Below, piece by piece: positions 47,999 to 58,308 of a stretch of DNA of 64,000 nucleotides; the first letter of the stretch is position 1; each line of letters starts with the position of its first letter. This stretch comes from Lysobacteraceae bacterium (GTDB lineage: Bacteria > Pseudomonadota > Gammaproteobacteria > Xanthomonadales > Xanthomonadaceae): contig JANORD010000363.1 in the NCBI GenBank assembly GCA_031415095.1, positions 1,557 through 65,556 of the forward strand, written 5' to 3'. The notes beneath the pieces are model-generated. The model had not been told where the DNA came from. It saw only the letters and a list, made by a program, of their open reading frames with translations, and searched no databases. The position numbers and the translations under genes are program-made.

Positions 47999-49360
47999 TC
48001 ACGGCGCCAGCAGGAACTTGAGCAGGTTGTTCTGGAAGTAAGGGTTCACCGAAAGCTGGTCGTGGGTCTCGCACAGGAAGAAGCTCTGCGCGGTGGGGTA
48101 CACGCCGCGGGGACCGCCGGCGCCCTCGGGCAAGCCCAGGCCCAGCTGCGACTCGCGGGTGACCAGGCTGTCGCCAGGCAGCAGCATCAGGCGCTCATAG
48201 TCCACGCCCTCCACCCGCGCCTGCACTTCTTCGGGACGAATCACCAGGCGCTCGCCATCCTCACCGCGGTCCAGCACCGCGCGGGCCGAGGTGAGCAGGC
48301 AGTCGCCCCCGAATACCGCAATCCGCACGCCGTTGGTGCTGATCGGCGCACTCACCGCTTGCTGGAAGCGCTTGGCCCGCACCAGGTGGCGAACAAACAG
48401 CGCCTGCAGCTCCGCCATCTGCAGCGCGCCAGTGGCAGGGTCAGGCGCCGCCTCCAGGACGCGCGCTTCCAACTCGGGTGAAAACACCGACCAGCGCCGG
48501 CTGCGCCAGTTCTCCGGGTCGTAGAAGTCAAAATCAAGCAGCTTGCCGTCGGGCGAATACAGCACCGGTGCGTCCGGATGCGGCAGCGCCTCGTAAACCG
48601 TGGCGAACGTGGCCAGCACTTCCACGGGAACCGTGCGCCAAGCAATCTTGAAGCCCTGCTGCAGGCGTTCGAAGCTGGTGACCGCGCCCAGGCTGGGCGT
48701 GCCCAGCAGCACCATGCGCCGGATGCGCTTGGAGCCTTCGTCCCACGGGGTGAGCTCACCCTGGGTCAGCACGTCGTTGGGGCCGTAGCGCAGGTAATAG
48801 TTGGCGATCAGGCCGCCGTTGCTGTGGGCCAGGATATCCACGCGCAGCTTCGGGTCGCCGTAGTCGCGGCGGATCTGCTCCACCATCGCGTGCAGCTGGC
48901 CCACGGCCACCAGGTTTTCCTTGCGCCAGTCGTACAGCAGCACGTAGTAGCGGCGACGGTCGCTGCTATCCACCGGCTCGCCGGGCGTGCCGCGCTTGAA
49001 GCGACCCACGGTCTCCAGGCTGCCGGTGAGCGCGGCGTAGAAATCGGTGCGGCCCACGCCATAGAAAAGATCGCCGGGCACCAGGCCGCCGCCGCTTTCC
49101 TCGACCGCGCGCATGCGCACTAATTCGCGGTACTCACTAAAAGCCAGCGAGCCGATCGAGCCGGGCCAGAACTCCTTGCCGCTGCTGCGCTCCACCAAGG
49201 TGGAGCCCATCAGGCCATGGATTACGATCACCGGCGGCTGCGCTTCGTTTTGCGCGTCTGCTTCGTACAAACGCTCCAGGTCCGGGCGCACCGGAGCGCT
49301 GCAGGCAACCATCAAGGCAGCCAAGCCCAAAGCGGCAAGCAGTCGGATCGCACCCGTCAT
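47999..49360 (-). CDS. Lipoprotein lipase/acyltransferase (LCAT/PGAP1-like alpha/beta hydrolase)
   Basis: Lipobox MVAC, IHGLMGS, YDWR, AHSNGG, LGTP. Confidence 0.82.
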   Translation of the reverse strand: MTGAIRLLAALGLAALMVACSAPVRPDLERLYEADAQNEAQPPVIVIHGLMGSTLVERSSGKEFWPGSIGSLAFSEYRELVRMRAVEESGGGLVPGDLFYGVGRTDFYAALTGSLETVGRFKRGTPGEPVDSSDRRRYYVLLYDWRKENLVAVGQLHAMVEQIRRDYGDPKLRVDILAHSNGGLIANYYLRYGPNDVLTQGELTPWDEGSKRIRRMVLLGTPSLGAVTSFERLQQGFKIAWRTVPVEVLATFATVYEALPHPDAPVLYSPDGKLLDFDFYDPENWRSRRWSVFSPELEARVLEAAPDPATGALQMAELQALFVRHLVRAKRFQQAVSAPISTNGVRIAVFGGDCLLTSARAVLDRGEDGERLVIRPEEVQARVEGVDYERLMLLPGDSLVTRESQLGLGLPEGAGGPRGVYPTAQSFFLCETHDQLSVNPYFQNNLLKFLLAP

Positions 49361-49425
49361 TTTTGAATTCTCTCATCGCCGGCGCGGCCCGACCATGGCC
49401 GCAACGGCACTTGCATTGCCATGAT

Positions 49426-50514
49426 TCAACCGGCGGCAGCAGCCTCCGCGTGCGGGGACGGCGGATAGTCGGAATAGCCTGCGGCGCCGGGGGTATATAG
49501 CGTAGCCGCATCAAGGTCGGCCATGGCTGCCCCCGTACGCAAGCGTTCGGGGAAATCCGGGTTGGCGATGAAGGGGCGGCCGAACGACACCAGATCGGCC
49601 ACGCCACTGGCCAGGTCGGCCTCGGCACGGGCGGCATCGTAGCCACCGTTGAGCATCAGGCTGCCCGGGAACCGCGCGCGCACCTGCGCCAGCAGATCGC
49701 CAGTGACGCTGCCGCCGGCCAGGTGCAGGTAGGCAATGCCGAGCTCGGCCAGGCCGTCCACCAAGGCCAGGAACTGCTCCGCCTCGCCCTCGAAGTTGGC
49801 CTCCAGGTCGTTGAAGGGATTGAACGGCGACAGCCGCACGCCCACGCGCTCGCCGCCAATGGCTGCCACCGTCGCCGCCACCGTTTCAAGCACGAAGCGA
49901 TTGCGGCGCTCGGCGCTGCCGCCGTAGTCGTCGCCGCGCTGGTTGCTGCGCGGGTTGAGGAACTGGCCCAACAAGTAGCCATTGGCGCCGTGCAGTTCGA
50001 CGCCATCCACGCCGTTGGCCACCGCCAGCTTCGCCGCGTGCACATGGTCGGCGCGCAGTCGCTGCAGGTCGTCGGCATCGGCCGCCCGCGGCACCGGATG
50101 CGGCTGCATGCCGGCGCTGTCAGTCCAGATTTCACCGGCGGCGGCAACGGCCGAGGGCGCAACCAGGCTGGCGCCGGCAGGCAGGTTGGCGGGGTGGCCA
50201 ACGCGCCCGGTGTGCATCAGCTGGATGAAGAAGCGACTGCCGCGCGCCTGCACCGCGCGGGCGATTTCGCCCCAGGCGGCGCCCTGCTCGGCGGTGAACA
50301 GGCCGGGGATGCGGGCGTAGCCCAGGCCCTCGGGCGCGGTGGCCGTGCCCTCGCTGATGACCAGGCCGGCGCCGGCGCGCTGGCGGTAGTACTCGAGCAT
50401 CAGGGCATTGGGCAGGTTGCCGGTGGCCCGCGAGCGGGTGAGCGGCGCCATGACGATGGCGTTCTTCAGCAGGATGGGGCCGAGGTGGGTGGGGGCGAGC
50501 AGGCGCTGGGTCAT
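49426..50514 (-). CDS. Old-yellow-enzyme alkene reductase (NemA-like)
   Basis: MAPLTRSRA, ELHGANGYL, RLSP, FGRPFIANPD. Confidence 0.93.
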   Translation of the reverse strand: MTQRLLAPTHLGPILLKNAIVMAPLTRSRATGNLPNALMLEYYRQRAGAGLVISEGTATAPEGLGYARIPGLFTAEQGAAWGEIARAVQARGSRFFIQLMHTGRVGHPANLPAGASLVAPSAVAAAGEIWTDSAGMQPHPVPRAADADDLQRLRADHVHAAKLAVANGVDGVELHGANGYLLGQFLNPRSNQRGDDYGGSAERRNRFVLETVAATVAAIGGERVGVRLSPFNPFNDLEANFEGEAEQFLALVDGLAELGIAYLHLAGGSVTGDLLAQVRARFPGSLMLNGGYDAARAEADLASGVADLVSFGRPFIANPDFPERLRTGAAMADLDAATLYTPGAAGYSDYPPSPHAEAAAAG

Positions 50515-50597
50515 GACGGTCTCCGTAGGTCAGTTAGCTAGATGTGCACCTAGCGTGTCGAAACAAAGTGATGCCGCCATGACGTATCGTTGCCCGC

Positions 50598-51542
50598 ATG
50601 GAACGCCTCATGACGCCACACCCACGGCCTGCGCGCTGCAATCGCGTCGTGAACTTCGCTCGCGCCGTGCTGTTGCTGCTGATGCCGATGCTGGCCGCGC
50701 CTGCGCTGGCCGAAACCGCGCCGTTCGCCAATTCACGCTTCGAAACCATCGCCGGGGTGCGGGTACACGTGCGGCACTGGCCGGCCGGACCGATCGCCAC
50801 CGGCTGCCCGGTGCTGCTGGTGCACGGCTTTGCCGGGTCCACCTACTCGTTTCGTGAGCTCGCTCCGGCGCTGGCCGCCGCCGGGCACGACGTCTGGGCG
50901 CTGGACCTGCCGGCTTATGGCTACAGCGCGCGCGTCTCTTTCCCAGGCACCGCCGGCGATGCCCTGATGCCCTGGCTGCGCGAGCGCGGCAGCGGCTGGT
51001 GCCTGCTGGGCCATTCCATGGGCACGCGGGTGGTGGGCGAACTGGCGCGGCGCATGCCCCAGGACCTCCACGCGGTGGTGTACGTGGCGGGCAACCCGAT
51101 CCTGTCGCCCAAAGAACTGCGCAGCCGCGAACGCTACAAATCCCCGCGCATCCGCCGCTTCCTGGCGGCGCTGGCCGAAAGCCGCTACCTGGACGACTCC
51201 GAAAAGGTGGGCGAGCTGCTGTCGAAGGCCTATGGCCGTGCCGCCAGCGAAGCGGAAGTCAGCGGCTACTACGCGCCGCTCAGTCCGCACGGATCGGCGC
51301 TGGCCATCATGAATGGCTACTCCGCGGTGTGGCCGCCCAACCCCACCGGCGCGCAGCTGCAGGGCGTGCCCACCCTGATCCTGTGGGGCGAAAAGGACGC
51401 TTGGGTGAAGCCCGAAGTCGCCGACCGCCTGCAGGCCGCACTGCCCGACGCCAAGCGCGTCACCATTCCCGGCGCCGGCCACATGCCCATGGAAACCCAC
51501 CCCGGGCCAACCCGCGACGCGGTACTGGCGCACTTCCGCTGA
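50598..51542 (+). CDS. Exported alpha/beta hydrolase
   Basis: VHGF, DLPAYGYS, GHSMG, WGEKD, AGHMP. Confidence 0.88.
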   Translation: MERLMTPHPRPARCNRVVNFARAVLLLLMPMLAAPALAETAPFANSRFETIAGVRVHVRHWPAGPIATGCPVLLVHGFAGSTYSFRELAPALAAAGHDVWALDLPAYGYSARVSFPGTAGDALMPWLRERGSGWCLLGHSMGTRVVGELARRMPQDLHAVVYVAGNPILSPKELRSRERYKSPRIRRFLAALAESRYLDDSEKVGELLSKAYGRAASEAEVSGYYAPLSPHGSALAIMNGYSAVWPPNPTGAQLQGVPTLILWGEKDAWVKPEVADRLQAALPDAKRVTIPGAGHMPMETHPGPTRDAVLAHFR

Positions 51543-51545
51543 CGC

Positions 51546-54518
51546 TTACTTCAGGGCTAGCTCCAGCGACACCTTGCCGTCCTTGGCCGGTAGCGGCGCA
51601 ACGCCGGTGACGAAGACGCGCGCGGGGTCGAGTTCGCCGGCGGTCAGCAGCGCCGACTGGATGGCTTCGGCGCGGGCCTGGCCCAGGGCCGTCAGCTCGG
51701 CGTCGGTGGGTGCAAAGCGCGGCAGCAGTTCGGCCGTCAGCCAGGTCACCTCGTGCGCGTCGCGCAGACCGCGCTTGGCGGCACGGTCGGCGTCCTCTGG
51801 CGGCTCCGCGGCGTCGGGAATCTTTGCGCGCGAACCGAACTGCTCCTTGTAAAGATCGCGCAGCAGGTCAATCCGGTCCTCGGGCTCAAGCGCGTCCAGC
51901 GCGAATGTCTCGCCCTCGGGCGTTTTCGCCAAGGCGCCCAGCGCGGCCAGGAAGCGCCGTTCGGTCAAGGCCTCGGTGTCCAGTTCGGGCACCGGTGCCG
52001 CCGGCACTTCGATGCGCAGCTGCGGGCGATCGGCCAGCCCCTTGGCCAGGGCAGCCAAGCCCTGCTGCTGCTCCGGTGTCAGCGTTGCATCCCCGGGCGT
52101 GAACACCACGAACTGCGCGTCCTCCGCACCCTCGAACAGCGAGCCCAGGAAAGCGAACGGCGCCGTGACTATTTTCACCACCAGGTTCTTCACGATCTGC
52201 CACACCACCGGCCCGATCCGGAAGCTGGGATCGTCCAGCGTGCCCGCCACCGGGAAGTTGATGTCGATCACGCCATTGCGGTCCTTGAGCAGGCTGGTGG
52301 CCAGACGGATGGGCAGCGACACTTTTTCCTGGCTTTCGGTGGCCTCGCCCCACTCCAGCTGGTCGAGCACGATGCGGTGGCCGGCTTCGAGCTTGCGGTC
52401 GCGGATCTTGTAGTCCAGCTCGGTGGTGAGCTTGCCTTTGGCGATGGCAAAGCCGGCGTAGCGCCCCGAGTAGGGGTTGAAAACCGGCAGGTCGATATTG
52501 CGGAACGCCAGCTTCAGGTCGGTCTGCTGGTCGTAGCGGAAGGGGTTGAGTTCGCCATGGATAGTTACGGGCGAGAACTTGTTCACCACGAAGCCCTCGA
52601 GGTCCACTTTGGCACGGCTGTTGGGCTGGGTGGACAGGCCGCGAATGCTGCCGTCGAGCGATTCGATCCGCGCCTGGAAGTTCGGCTGGATGAAGTTGTC
52701 GGCAAAGCTCAAGGTGGCGCGCTGCAGGCGAATCTCATCAATCCGGATCGTCATCTCGGGCGCTGTGGTGGGTGCCGCGGTCTGCACCGCTACAGCGGGT
52801 GCCGAGACTCCCGTTTCGGGCGATATCACCCGCACCAGGTTGATGCTCTGGTCCGGAGCGATCACGGCGCGCAGGAAGGGCTGCTGGAAGGTCATGCGTT
52901 TCACGATCAGCGCGTCGGGCCAAAGCGCCAGGTCCATGCCTTCGATCTGAAGCTGCTTCCAGCTGACCAACTCTTCTTTCTGCGCGCGGTCCACCGCTTG
53001 GAACTGCGCCACCGTGGCCTCGCCGGCGAAGCGCAGGTAGGGCTCGGCGTCGGGCGCGGCCAACGAGGCCTTGCCGGTGGCCGACAGCGTGCCCCGGGCC
53101 ACGTCCACGGCGGCCATGTCGGCAAAGTAGGGCTGCAGTTTTGGCAGCGGCAGGCCGGCCAGGGCCACGTCCAATTCGGCCGCCAGTGTTTCGGGAATCA
53201 CCTGGCCCTGCGCCTTCAAGCTGGCGACGCCGTCAAGGGTGGTCTCTAGCGTGATCGGCACCGGCTGGTTCATGTCCAAGCTGAGGTCGCTGGCTTCCAA
53301 GGCCAGTGGCGCCAGCTTGAAATCCACCGCGGGCGTGACCGTGCGGTCCTGCAAATCCACCTGGGCGTTGGTGATCGCGAGGCGCTTGAGCTGCAGCTTC
53401 CATTCGGGCGCGGCGGCGGCGGCCGCGGCGGCCGGCGTCTGCACTTCGGCACCCTCCGCGGCGGTGCCCGCGGCCGGCGTGGCGGCGCGGGATTCCGGCG
53501 CAGGGGCAGGCGCACCGGCCAGCAGGCGGTCGATGTTCAGGCTGCCGTCGGCCTCCTGCCAGGCCTGCAGTTGGGCACCGTCCAGGGTTACCGAGGCGAT
53601 GTCCACGGTGCCCTTGGCCAAGGACAGCGCCACGTCGGCCACGTCCAGCTTCGGCAGCCGCACCCAGTCCTCGGTATTGCCGACTTCGCGCAGCGCCAGG
53701 CCGGTACCGATGATGTGCGGAAGCTTGACCTCGAGCTGCATCGGTTCATTGAGGCGGAACTCGTACTGCCCGGCCAGGTCCAGCGCACCGGCCGATATCT
53801 CGAACGGCAGCTGCTCGCTGCCGAACTCCCACAGGCTGCGCGCCTTGAGCTTGCGGATGCTGAACTGGCCCTGCGAACTCACCGGCTGCAGGGACAGCTG
53901 CCCCTGCCACTCGAAGCCTTCGCCGGTGTCGCTGAGCGCCGTGAGCTTGAAGCCGCCGCCTTCGGGCGTGGTGCGGAAGTTGAGCAGCTCGAACTGGATG
54001 GGCGCGAGGATTTTTTCCGGCTTCTGGCGCCTGCTGCGATCGGCGAAATTCACCTGGCCGCGGCTCACCACCAGCTGCTGTACCCACACCGCGGGCAGCG
54101 GTTCCTCCTCCGACACCACCGCTGGGCCCGGCTCGGGGATCAGCGCCGCCAGGTTCAACGCACCGTCCTGGCCAATGATGGCGCGCGCAAACGGGCCATT
54201 GATGCGCACAGTCTTGAACACCCACGCCCGCTCCCACAGCGAGGCGAGCTGCAGGTTCACGTACAGGCGCTCGAGCGCCAGCAGCGGCTGCGTCGGATCC
54301 GCGACGCGCACGTCGCGCACGGTCATTTCCAGCGTGAAGGGATGGGTGATCACCTCGCCCACCGTCACCGGCACGCCCATGGCGGCGCTGCCCTGTTCAA
54401 CGATGGCGTTGCGCACCAGCGAGGGTGCCCACCAGAAGCCGACCGCGGCATACAGGCCGATGGCCAGCAGGGCCGCCCCGGGGATCCAGATGCGCTTGCG
54501 CTTGATCCAGGCCGGCAT
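51546..54518 (-). CDS. DUF748 domain envelope protein
   Basis: N-terminal TM, repeated AsmA-like strands, PYSGRYAG, LLKDRNGVIDI, IVTAPFAFLGSL. Confidence 0.85.
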   Translation of the reverse strand: MPAWIKRKRIWIPGAALLAIGLYAAVGFWWAPSLVRNAIVEQGSAAMGVPVTVGEVITHPFTLEMTVRDVRVADPTQPLLALERLYVNLQLASLWERAWVFKTVRINGPFARAIIGQDGALNLAALIPEPGPAVVSEEEPLPAVWVQQLVVSRGQVNFADRSRRQKPEKILAPIQFELLNFRTTPEGGGFKLTALSDTGEGFEWQGQLSLQPVSSQGQFSIRKLKARSLWEFGSEQLPFEISAGALDLAGQYEFRLNEPMQLEVKLPHIIGTGLALREVGNTEDWVRLPKLDVADVALSLAKGTVDIASVTLDGAQLQAWQEADGSLNIDRLLAGAPAPAPESRAATPAAGTAAEGAEVQTPAAAAAAAAPEWKLQLKRLAITNAQVDLQDRTVTPAVDFKLAPLALEASDLSLDMNQPVPITLETTLDGVASLKAQGQVIPETLAAELDVALAGLPLPKLQPYFADMAAVDVARGTLSATGKASLAAPDAEPYLRFAGEATVAQFQAVDRAQKEELVSWKQLQIEGMDLALWPDALIVKRMTFQQPFLRAVIAPDQSINLVRVISPETGVSAPAVAVQTAAPTTAPEMTIRIDEIRLQRATLSFADNFIQPNFQARIESLDGSIRGLSTQPNSRAKVDLEGFVVNKFSPVTIHGELNPFRYDQQTDLKLAFRNIDLPVFNPYSGRYAGFAIAKGKLTTELDYKIRDRKLEAGHRIVLDQLEWGEATESQEKVSLPIRLATSLLKDRNGVIDINFPVAGTLDDPSFRIGPVVWQIVKNLVVKIVTAPFAFLGSLFEGAEDAQFVVFTPGDATLTPEQQQGLAALAKGLADRPQLRIEVPAAPVPELDTEALTERRFLAALGALAKTPEGETFALDALEPEDRIDLLRDLYKEQFGSRAKIPDAAEPPEDADRAAKRGLRDAHEVTWLTAELLPRFAPTDAELTALGQARAEAIQSALLTAGELDPARVFVTGVAPLPAKDGKVSLELALK

Positions 54519-54626
54519 GGTCGCTCCCCCGTTGGTCAGGCCGCCATCATGGTCGGCCCCCGATACGACGGCAATACGACCCTTGGGCTAATCTGATCGC
54601 CAACCGTCGCTCCGGGAATCGCGCCC

Positions 54627-54968
54627 ATGACCGCATCACGTTCACTGCTGCTGGGCCTGCTGGTCGCCCTGGCGGGCGCTGCCTGCGCCGGCACCGGCAC
54701 CCTGCCCACCGCCGCCACCGCGCCCGCGCTGGCGGACCTTCCCACCGCCGCCGAGGAGCCGCCCATGACCTGCCAAGCCGACAAAGGCCAGTGGGCCCTG
54801 GGCCAAACCGCCGAGGACACCGTGGTGGCCAAGATCGTGGCCGACACCACCTCCGAGCGGGTGCGGGTGATCCGCCCCGGCATGGCTGTCACCATGGATT
54901 TCCGCGAGGAGCGGGTGAACGTAGACGTGGACGCCGAGAACCGCATCGTCTCCGTGCGCTGCGGTTGA
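54627..54968 (+). CDS. Peptidase inhibitor I78 family exported protein
   Basis: RVIRPGMAVTMDFREERVNV...CG. Confidence 0.9.
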   Translation: MTASRSLLLGLLVALAGAACAGTGTLPTAATAPALADLPTAAEEPPMTCQADKGQWALGQTAEDTVVAKIVADTTSERVRVIRPGMAVTMDFREERVNVDVDAENRIVSVRCG

Positions 54969-55037
54969 GTTGGCCGCGCTTCGCGGAGCGTCCTGCGCCT
55001 GACGCCACCTTCATGCCCGCCGCCGCACTGTGCGCCG

Positions 55038-55913
55038 GTGAAATCTGCCCTGGCTGCCCCCCTGCGCGCTTGGATGCTGCGCGCGTTCCCGCGCGGAGAC
55101 GGCGATATTGACTACGACCAGCCCGCCGGCGATCCGGGGCTGTTCGGGCCCGGCACGATCACGTGGCGGGTGCACGCAGACTTCCCCGGCATGCTCAGCG
55201 GGGGCCTGTGCGCGCTGATGCTGCAGACCCTGCACCCGGCGGCGCTGGCCGGCGTCTGGGACCACTCCAATTTCCGCCAGGACCTGGTCGGCCGGCTGCG
55301 TCGCACCACGCACTTCGTGGCCGGCACCAGCTACGCCCCACGCGCCGAGGCCGAACGGCTGGTGGCGCGCGTGCGCCGCATCCACTCCAAAGTCCGAGGC
55401 ATCACGGAGACAGGCGCGCCCTACTCCGCCGACGATCCGGCCCTGCTCACTTGGGTGCACGTGACCGAGGCCTATGGCTTCCTGCAGGGCTATCGCCGCT
55501 ACTGCGCGCCTGTGACGCGCGCGGATGCCGACCGCTACTACGATGAAACGCGCGCGGTTGCCGAAGCCCTGGGAGCGCGCGACGTGCCGCGGACCGAGGC
55601 CGATGTGGAGGAATACTTCCGGCAGGTGCAGCCCACGCTAGCTTTCACCGAGCGCTCCCGGACCGTGCTGGAAATCCTCGCAGTGATGCGGCTGCCGGTG
55701 CCCATGCCGGGTTTGTCGCGCGACGTCTTCCTGGGCGCAGGGGCGGCGCTGCTGCCGGCCTGGGCCGAACAGCTGCTGCGCCGCAGTCCACGCCAGGCCC
55801 AAAGCGCGCAACTGGGCGCGGCTGCGCTCCGGGCCGTGGCGCCGCTGTTTCGCGCCGCGCTCAACGATGGCCCGGCCGCACGCGCCGCACGGCGCATGGC
55901 AGGCGCCGGCTGA
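55038..55913 (+). CDS. MpaB-like oxygenase (DUF2236)
   Basis: GLFGP, LQTLHP, HSNFR, IHSKVRG, LTWVH. Confidence 0.88.
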   Translation: MKSALAAPLRAWMLRAFPRGDGDIDYDQPAGDPGLFGPGTITWRVHADFPGMLSGGLCALMLQTLHPAALAGVWDHSNFRQDLVGRLRRTTHFVAGTSYAPRAEAERLVARVRRIHSKVRGITETGAPYSADDPALLTWVHVTEAYGFLQGYRRYCAPVTRADADRYYDETRAVAEALGARDVPRTEADVEEYFRQVQPTLAFTERSRTVLEILAVMRLPVPMPGLSRDVFLGAGAALLPAWAEQLLRRSPRQAQSAQLGAAALRAVAPLFRAALNDGPAARAARRMAGAG

Positions 55914-55949
55914 AACGCTGCGCACGCAGCGACGGGCGCCAAAGGCCGA

Positions 55950-57542
55950 TCAGCCGGCGCCGGATTCCGAGTCGAACTCGATGGCGTGGCGCTGCCCGTG
56001 CTCCAGCGGCGCCTGCCAATAGCGGCCGCGTTCGGCCAGCACGCGGTCGGAGATAGCGGGCAGCGGCAGCAGCGGTGGCAGTTGCTGGGAGTAGGGCGAA
56101 AACTCGATGTCCATCTGCAGCGACACCGCATGCCCCAGGCCTGGCCGCGGCGCCACCTGCAGCTGCAGCGCGAACCGCCGCACCGTTTCCAGCCGCACCG
56201 CTTCGCGCACCGCCACCTGGCAGATGCGATACAGCGCGGTGCGGGCGTCGTCGTCCAGCATGTCCACCGGGCCGCTGAAGCTGGCCTCGAAGGTGATGCC
56301 GCCGTCTTCCAGCATTTCCCGCAGCGGGCCGTTGTCCAGCGCATGGCGCAGCCCGTGGCTGTCCAGGATGGTCGGGCGCAGCTGGCGCAGCGCGCGGCGC
56401 AGGCTGTCCTGGATCTCGCGCACCTGTTCGCGCATCGATTCCAGGAAGCGCGTGCCCTGGTCATCGCGGACGTCGCGAAAGGCCAGGCTGATGCGCGTGC
56501 CCAGCGCATGGATGGCGTGGCCCAGCTCGTAATCAAGCTCGCTGGCGAGTTCGCGCTGGCCTTGCTCCTCGATGCGCACCAGACGCTGGGTTACGTGCCG
56601 CAGTTCGCCGGCCAAGGCGCCCAGCTCGGCGTTCTTTTCGGCCAATTCACGATGCCGCAGGGCCAGCACTTCATGGCTCAGGCGCAGGGCCGTGCTGGCC
56701 GCGCCCAGCACCAGCGCGCCGCCGCCCACCACCCCCAGCACCAGCTGCAGCATGGTGACGCTGACGGTGAGCAGGCCCGACTGCACCAGCCCCTGGATCA
56801 CTACGCCCAGCGCGGCGGTGCCCAGCGCCGCGCCTTCCCAGCCGTGGCGGAAGCCGAGGAAAAACAGCGGGGCGAACGCCAGCAGCAGCACGTAGGTCGC
56901 CAGGCCAACATAGGCCTGCAGCAGCAGGAACACGCACAGCGCCCCCACCAGCACCAGCCCCAGGTCGCGCCAGAATCCGGAGCGGCGGCGCGAGTACAGC
57001 CCGTAAAGTGCGGCAATCAGCAGCGGCGCCAGCACCAGCTGGCCAATCAGGTCGCCATAAAGAAAGGCGAACATGCTGGCCAGGGTGTCGGCCGTGCTCA
57101 TCGGTACCGTGACCAGGAACAGCCAAAGCAGCGGCGACACGCCCGCGGCCGCAAACAGCCCCGCCAGCAGGAACACCAGCATCCGGGTCGGGCTGTCGAA
57201 GCCGGCGCCGGCCTGCGGGCCGCGCATCACGAACACCACCGCGGCGTAGATGAACCATGGCACCACGCACACCGCCAGGAAGGTGGTGCTGAACAGGGAG
57301 TAGCCCAAGATCAGCGACTTGATCGCCTGCGCCGCGATCTCGGAGGCGGCCAGCCAACCCCAGCGCTTGGTGGGCGTCAGCCACAGCAGGGCCAAACGCA
57401 GCCCCGCGGGCAGGAACCACAGCTGCGCCGACAGCTGCTCCATGGCCAGCCAAGCCAGCAGGGCCGCGGCGGCAACGCCCGCCCAGCGCCACGATTTCCC
57501 GGGAGCGGGGTCCTGCAGTAATTGCAGCGGATAAAACGCCAT
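55950..57542 (-). CDS. MASE1 sensor fused to a degenerate HisKA_3-type kinase
   Basis: WFLPAGLR MASE1 region; ELASELDYELGH, QLRPTILDSHGL, LYRICQ. Confidence 0.8.
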   Translation of the reverse strand: MAFYPLQLLQDPAPGKSWRWAGVAAAALLAWLAMEQLSAQLWFLPAGLRLALLWLTPTKRWGWLAASEIAAQAIKSLILGYSLFSTTFLAVCVVPWFIYAAVVFVMRGPQAGAGFDSPTRMLVFLLAGLFAAAGVSPLLWLFLVTVPMSTADTLASMFAFLYGDLIGQLVLAPLLIAALYGLYSRRRSGFWRDLGLVLVGALCVFLLLQAYVGLATYVLLLAFAPLFFLGFRHGWEGAALGTAALGVVIQGLVQSGLLTVSVTMLQLVLGVVGGGALVLGAASTALRLSHEVLALRHRELAEKNAELGALAGELRHVTQRLVRIEEQGQRELASELDYELGHAIHALGTRISLAFRDVRDDQGTRFLESMREQVREIQDSLRRALRQLRPTILDSHGLRHALDNGPLREMLEDGGITFEASFSGPVDMLDDDARTALYRICQVAVREAVRLETVRRFALQLQVAPRPGLGHAVSLQMDIEFSPYSQQLPPLLPLPAISDRVLAERGRYWQAPLEHGQRHAIEFDSESGAG

Positions 57543-57703
57543 TGGGCTCGCCTGCTTCCCCCGGGGCCGGCCAGCCCCCTGCAGCATGCTACCGAATCAC
57601 GCCACGAAGGAAGGGCCGCGCCCTGCCTTCCGCGCGACTCGCTGGGCCGATATAATCGGGACTTGGTAAATCCACGGGCTTCGGCCCCCGTCCGGGCAAA
57701 ACT

Positions 57704-58219
57704 GTGCGCAACCACGATCTGGTATTCCTCAAGCAGTTCTCCCAAATCATTGCGATCCTGGTGGCCATCACCCTCGCCCTGATCTTGGTGGGCATTTACG
57801 TCAACGGGCGCCTGGCCCCCGAACCCAACCCGGTGGCCATTGCCGCTACCGAGGCGCGCGTTCGCCCCGCGGGTGCGGTGTTCGCCGGCGCCACTGGCGC
57901 GGCCGCCCAAGCCGCCGCCAAAGCCGCGGCGGCCGCCGCGGCCGTGGGCCAAGTGGCCTACGACGGAACGCTGGACGGTTCGGTGATCTACGCCAACCTG
58001 TGTGGCGCCTGCCACACTGCCGGCGCGGGTGGTGCGCCCAAGCTTGAAGCGGCCGCTTGGACTGCGCGCATCGCCCAGGGCGCCGAGACGATGCATACGC
58101 ACGCCATCGTGGGCTTCCAAGGCGCCGCGGGCATCATGCCGGCCAAGGGCGGCAACCCGGCACTGACGGACGAGCAGGTCATCGCCACCGTCGACTGGAT
58201 GGTCGACAACCTCAAGTAA
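57704..58219 (+). CDS. Cytochrome c5
   Basis: CGACH heme motif, GAPK, MPAKGG. Confidence 0.93.
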   Translation: MRNHDLVFLKQFSQIIAILVAITLALILVGIYVNGRLAPEPNPVAIAATEARVRPAGAVFAGATGAAAQAAAKAAAAAAAVGQVAYDGTLDGSVIYANLCGACHTAGAGGAPKLEAAAWTARIAQGAETMHTHAIVGFQGAAGIMPAKGGNPALTDEQVIATVDWMVDNLK

Positions 58220-58239
58220 GCTCGGGTCTTGCCCCTGCC

Positions 58240-58269
58240 CAGCGCCGCCTCCGGGCGGCGTTGTTGTTT
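58240..58269 (+). terminator. Probable rho-independent terminator
   Basis: CAGCGCCGCC-tccg-GGCGGCGTTG followed by TTGTTT. Confidence 0.55.
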
Positions 58270-58308
58270 CTGCCCCCTGACACCCTGCCTGCACTCCGGA
58301 GTTTCCTC

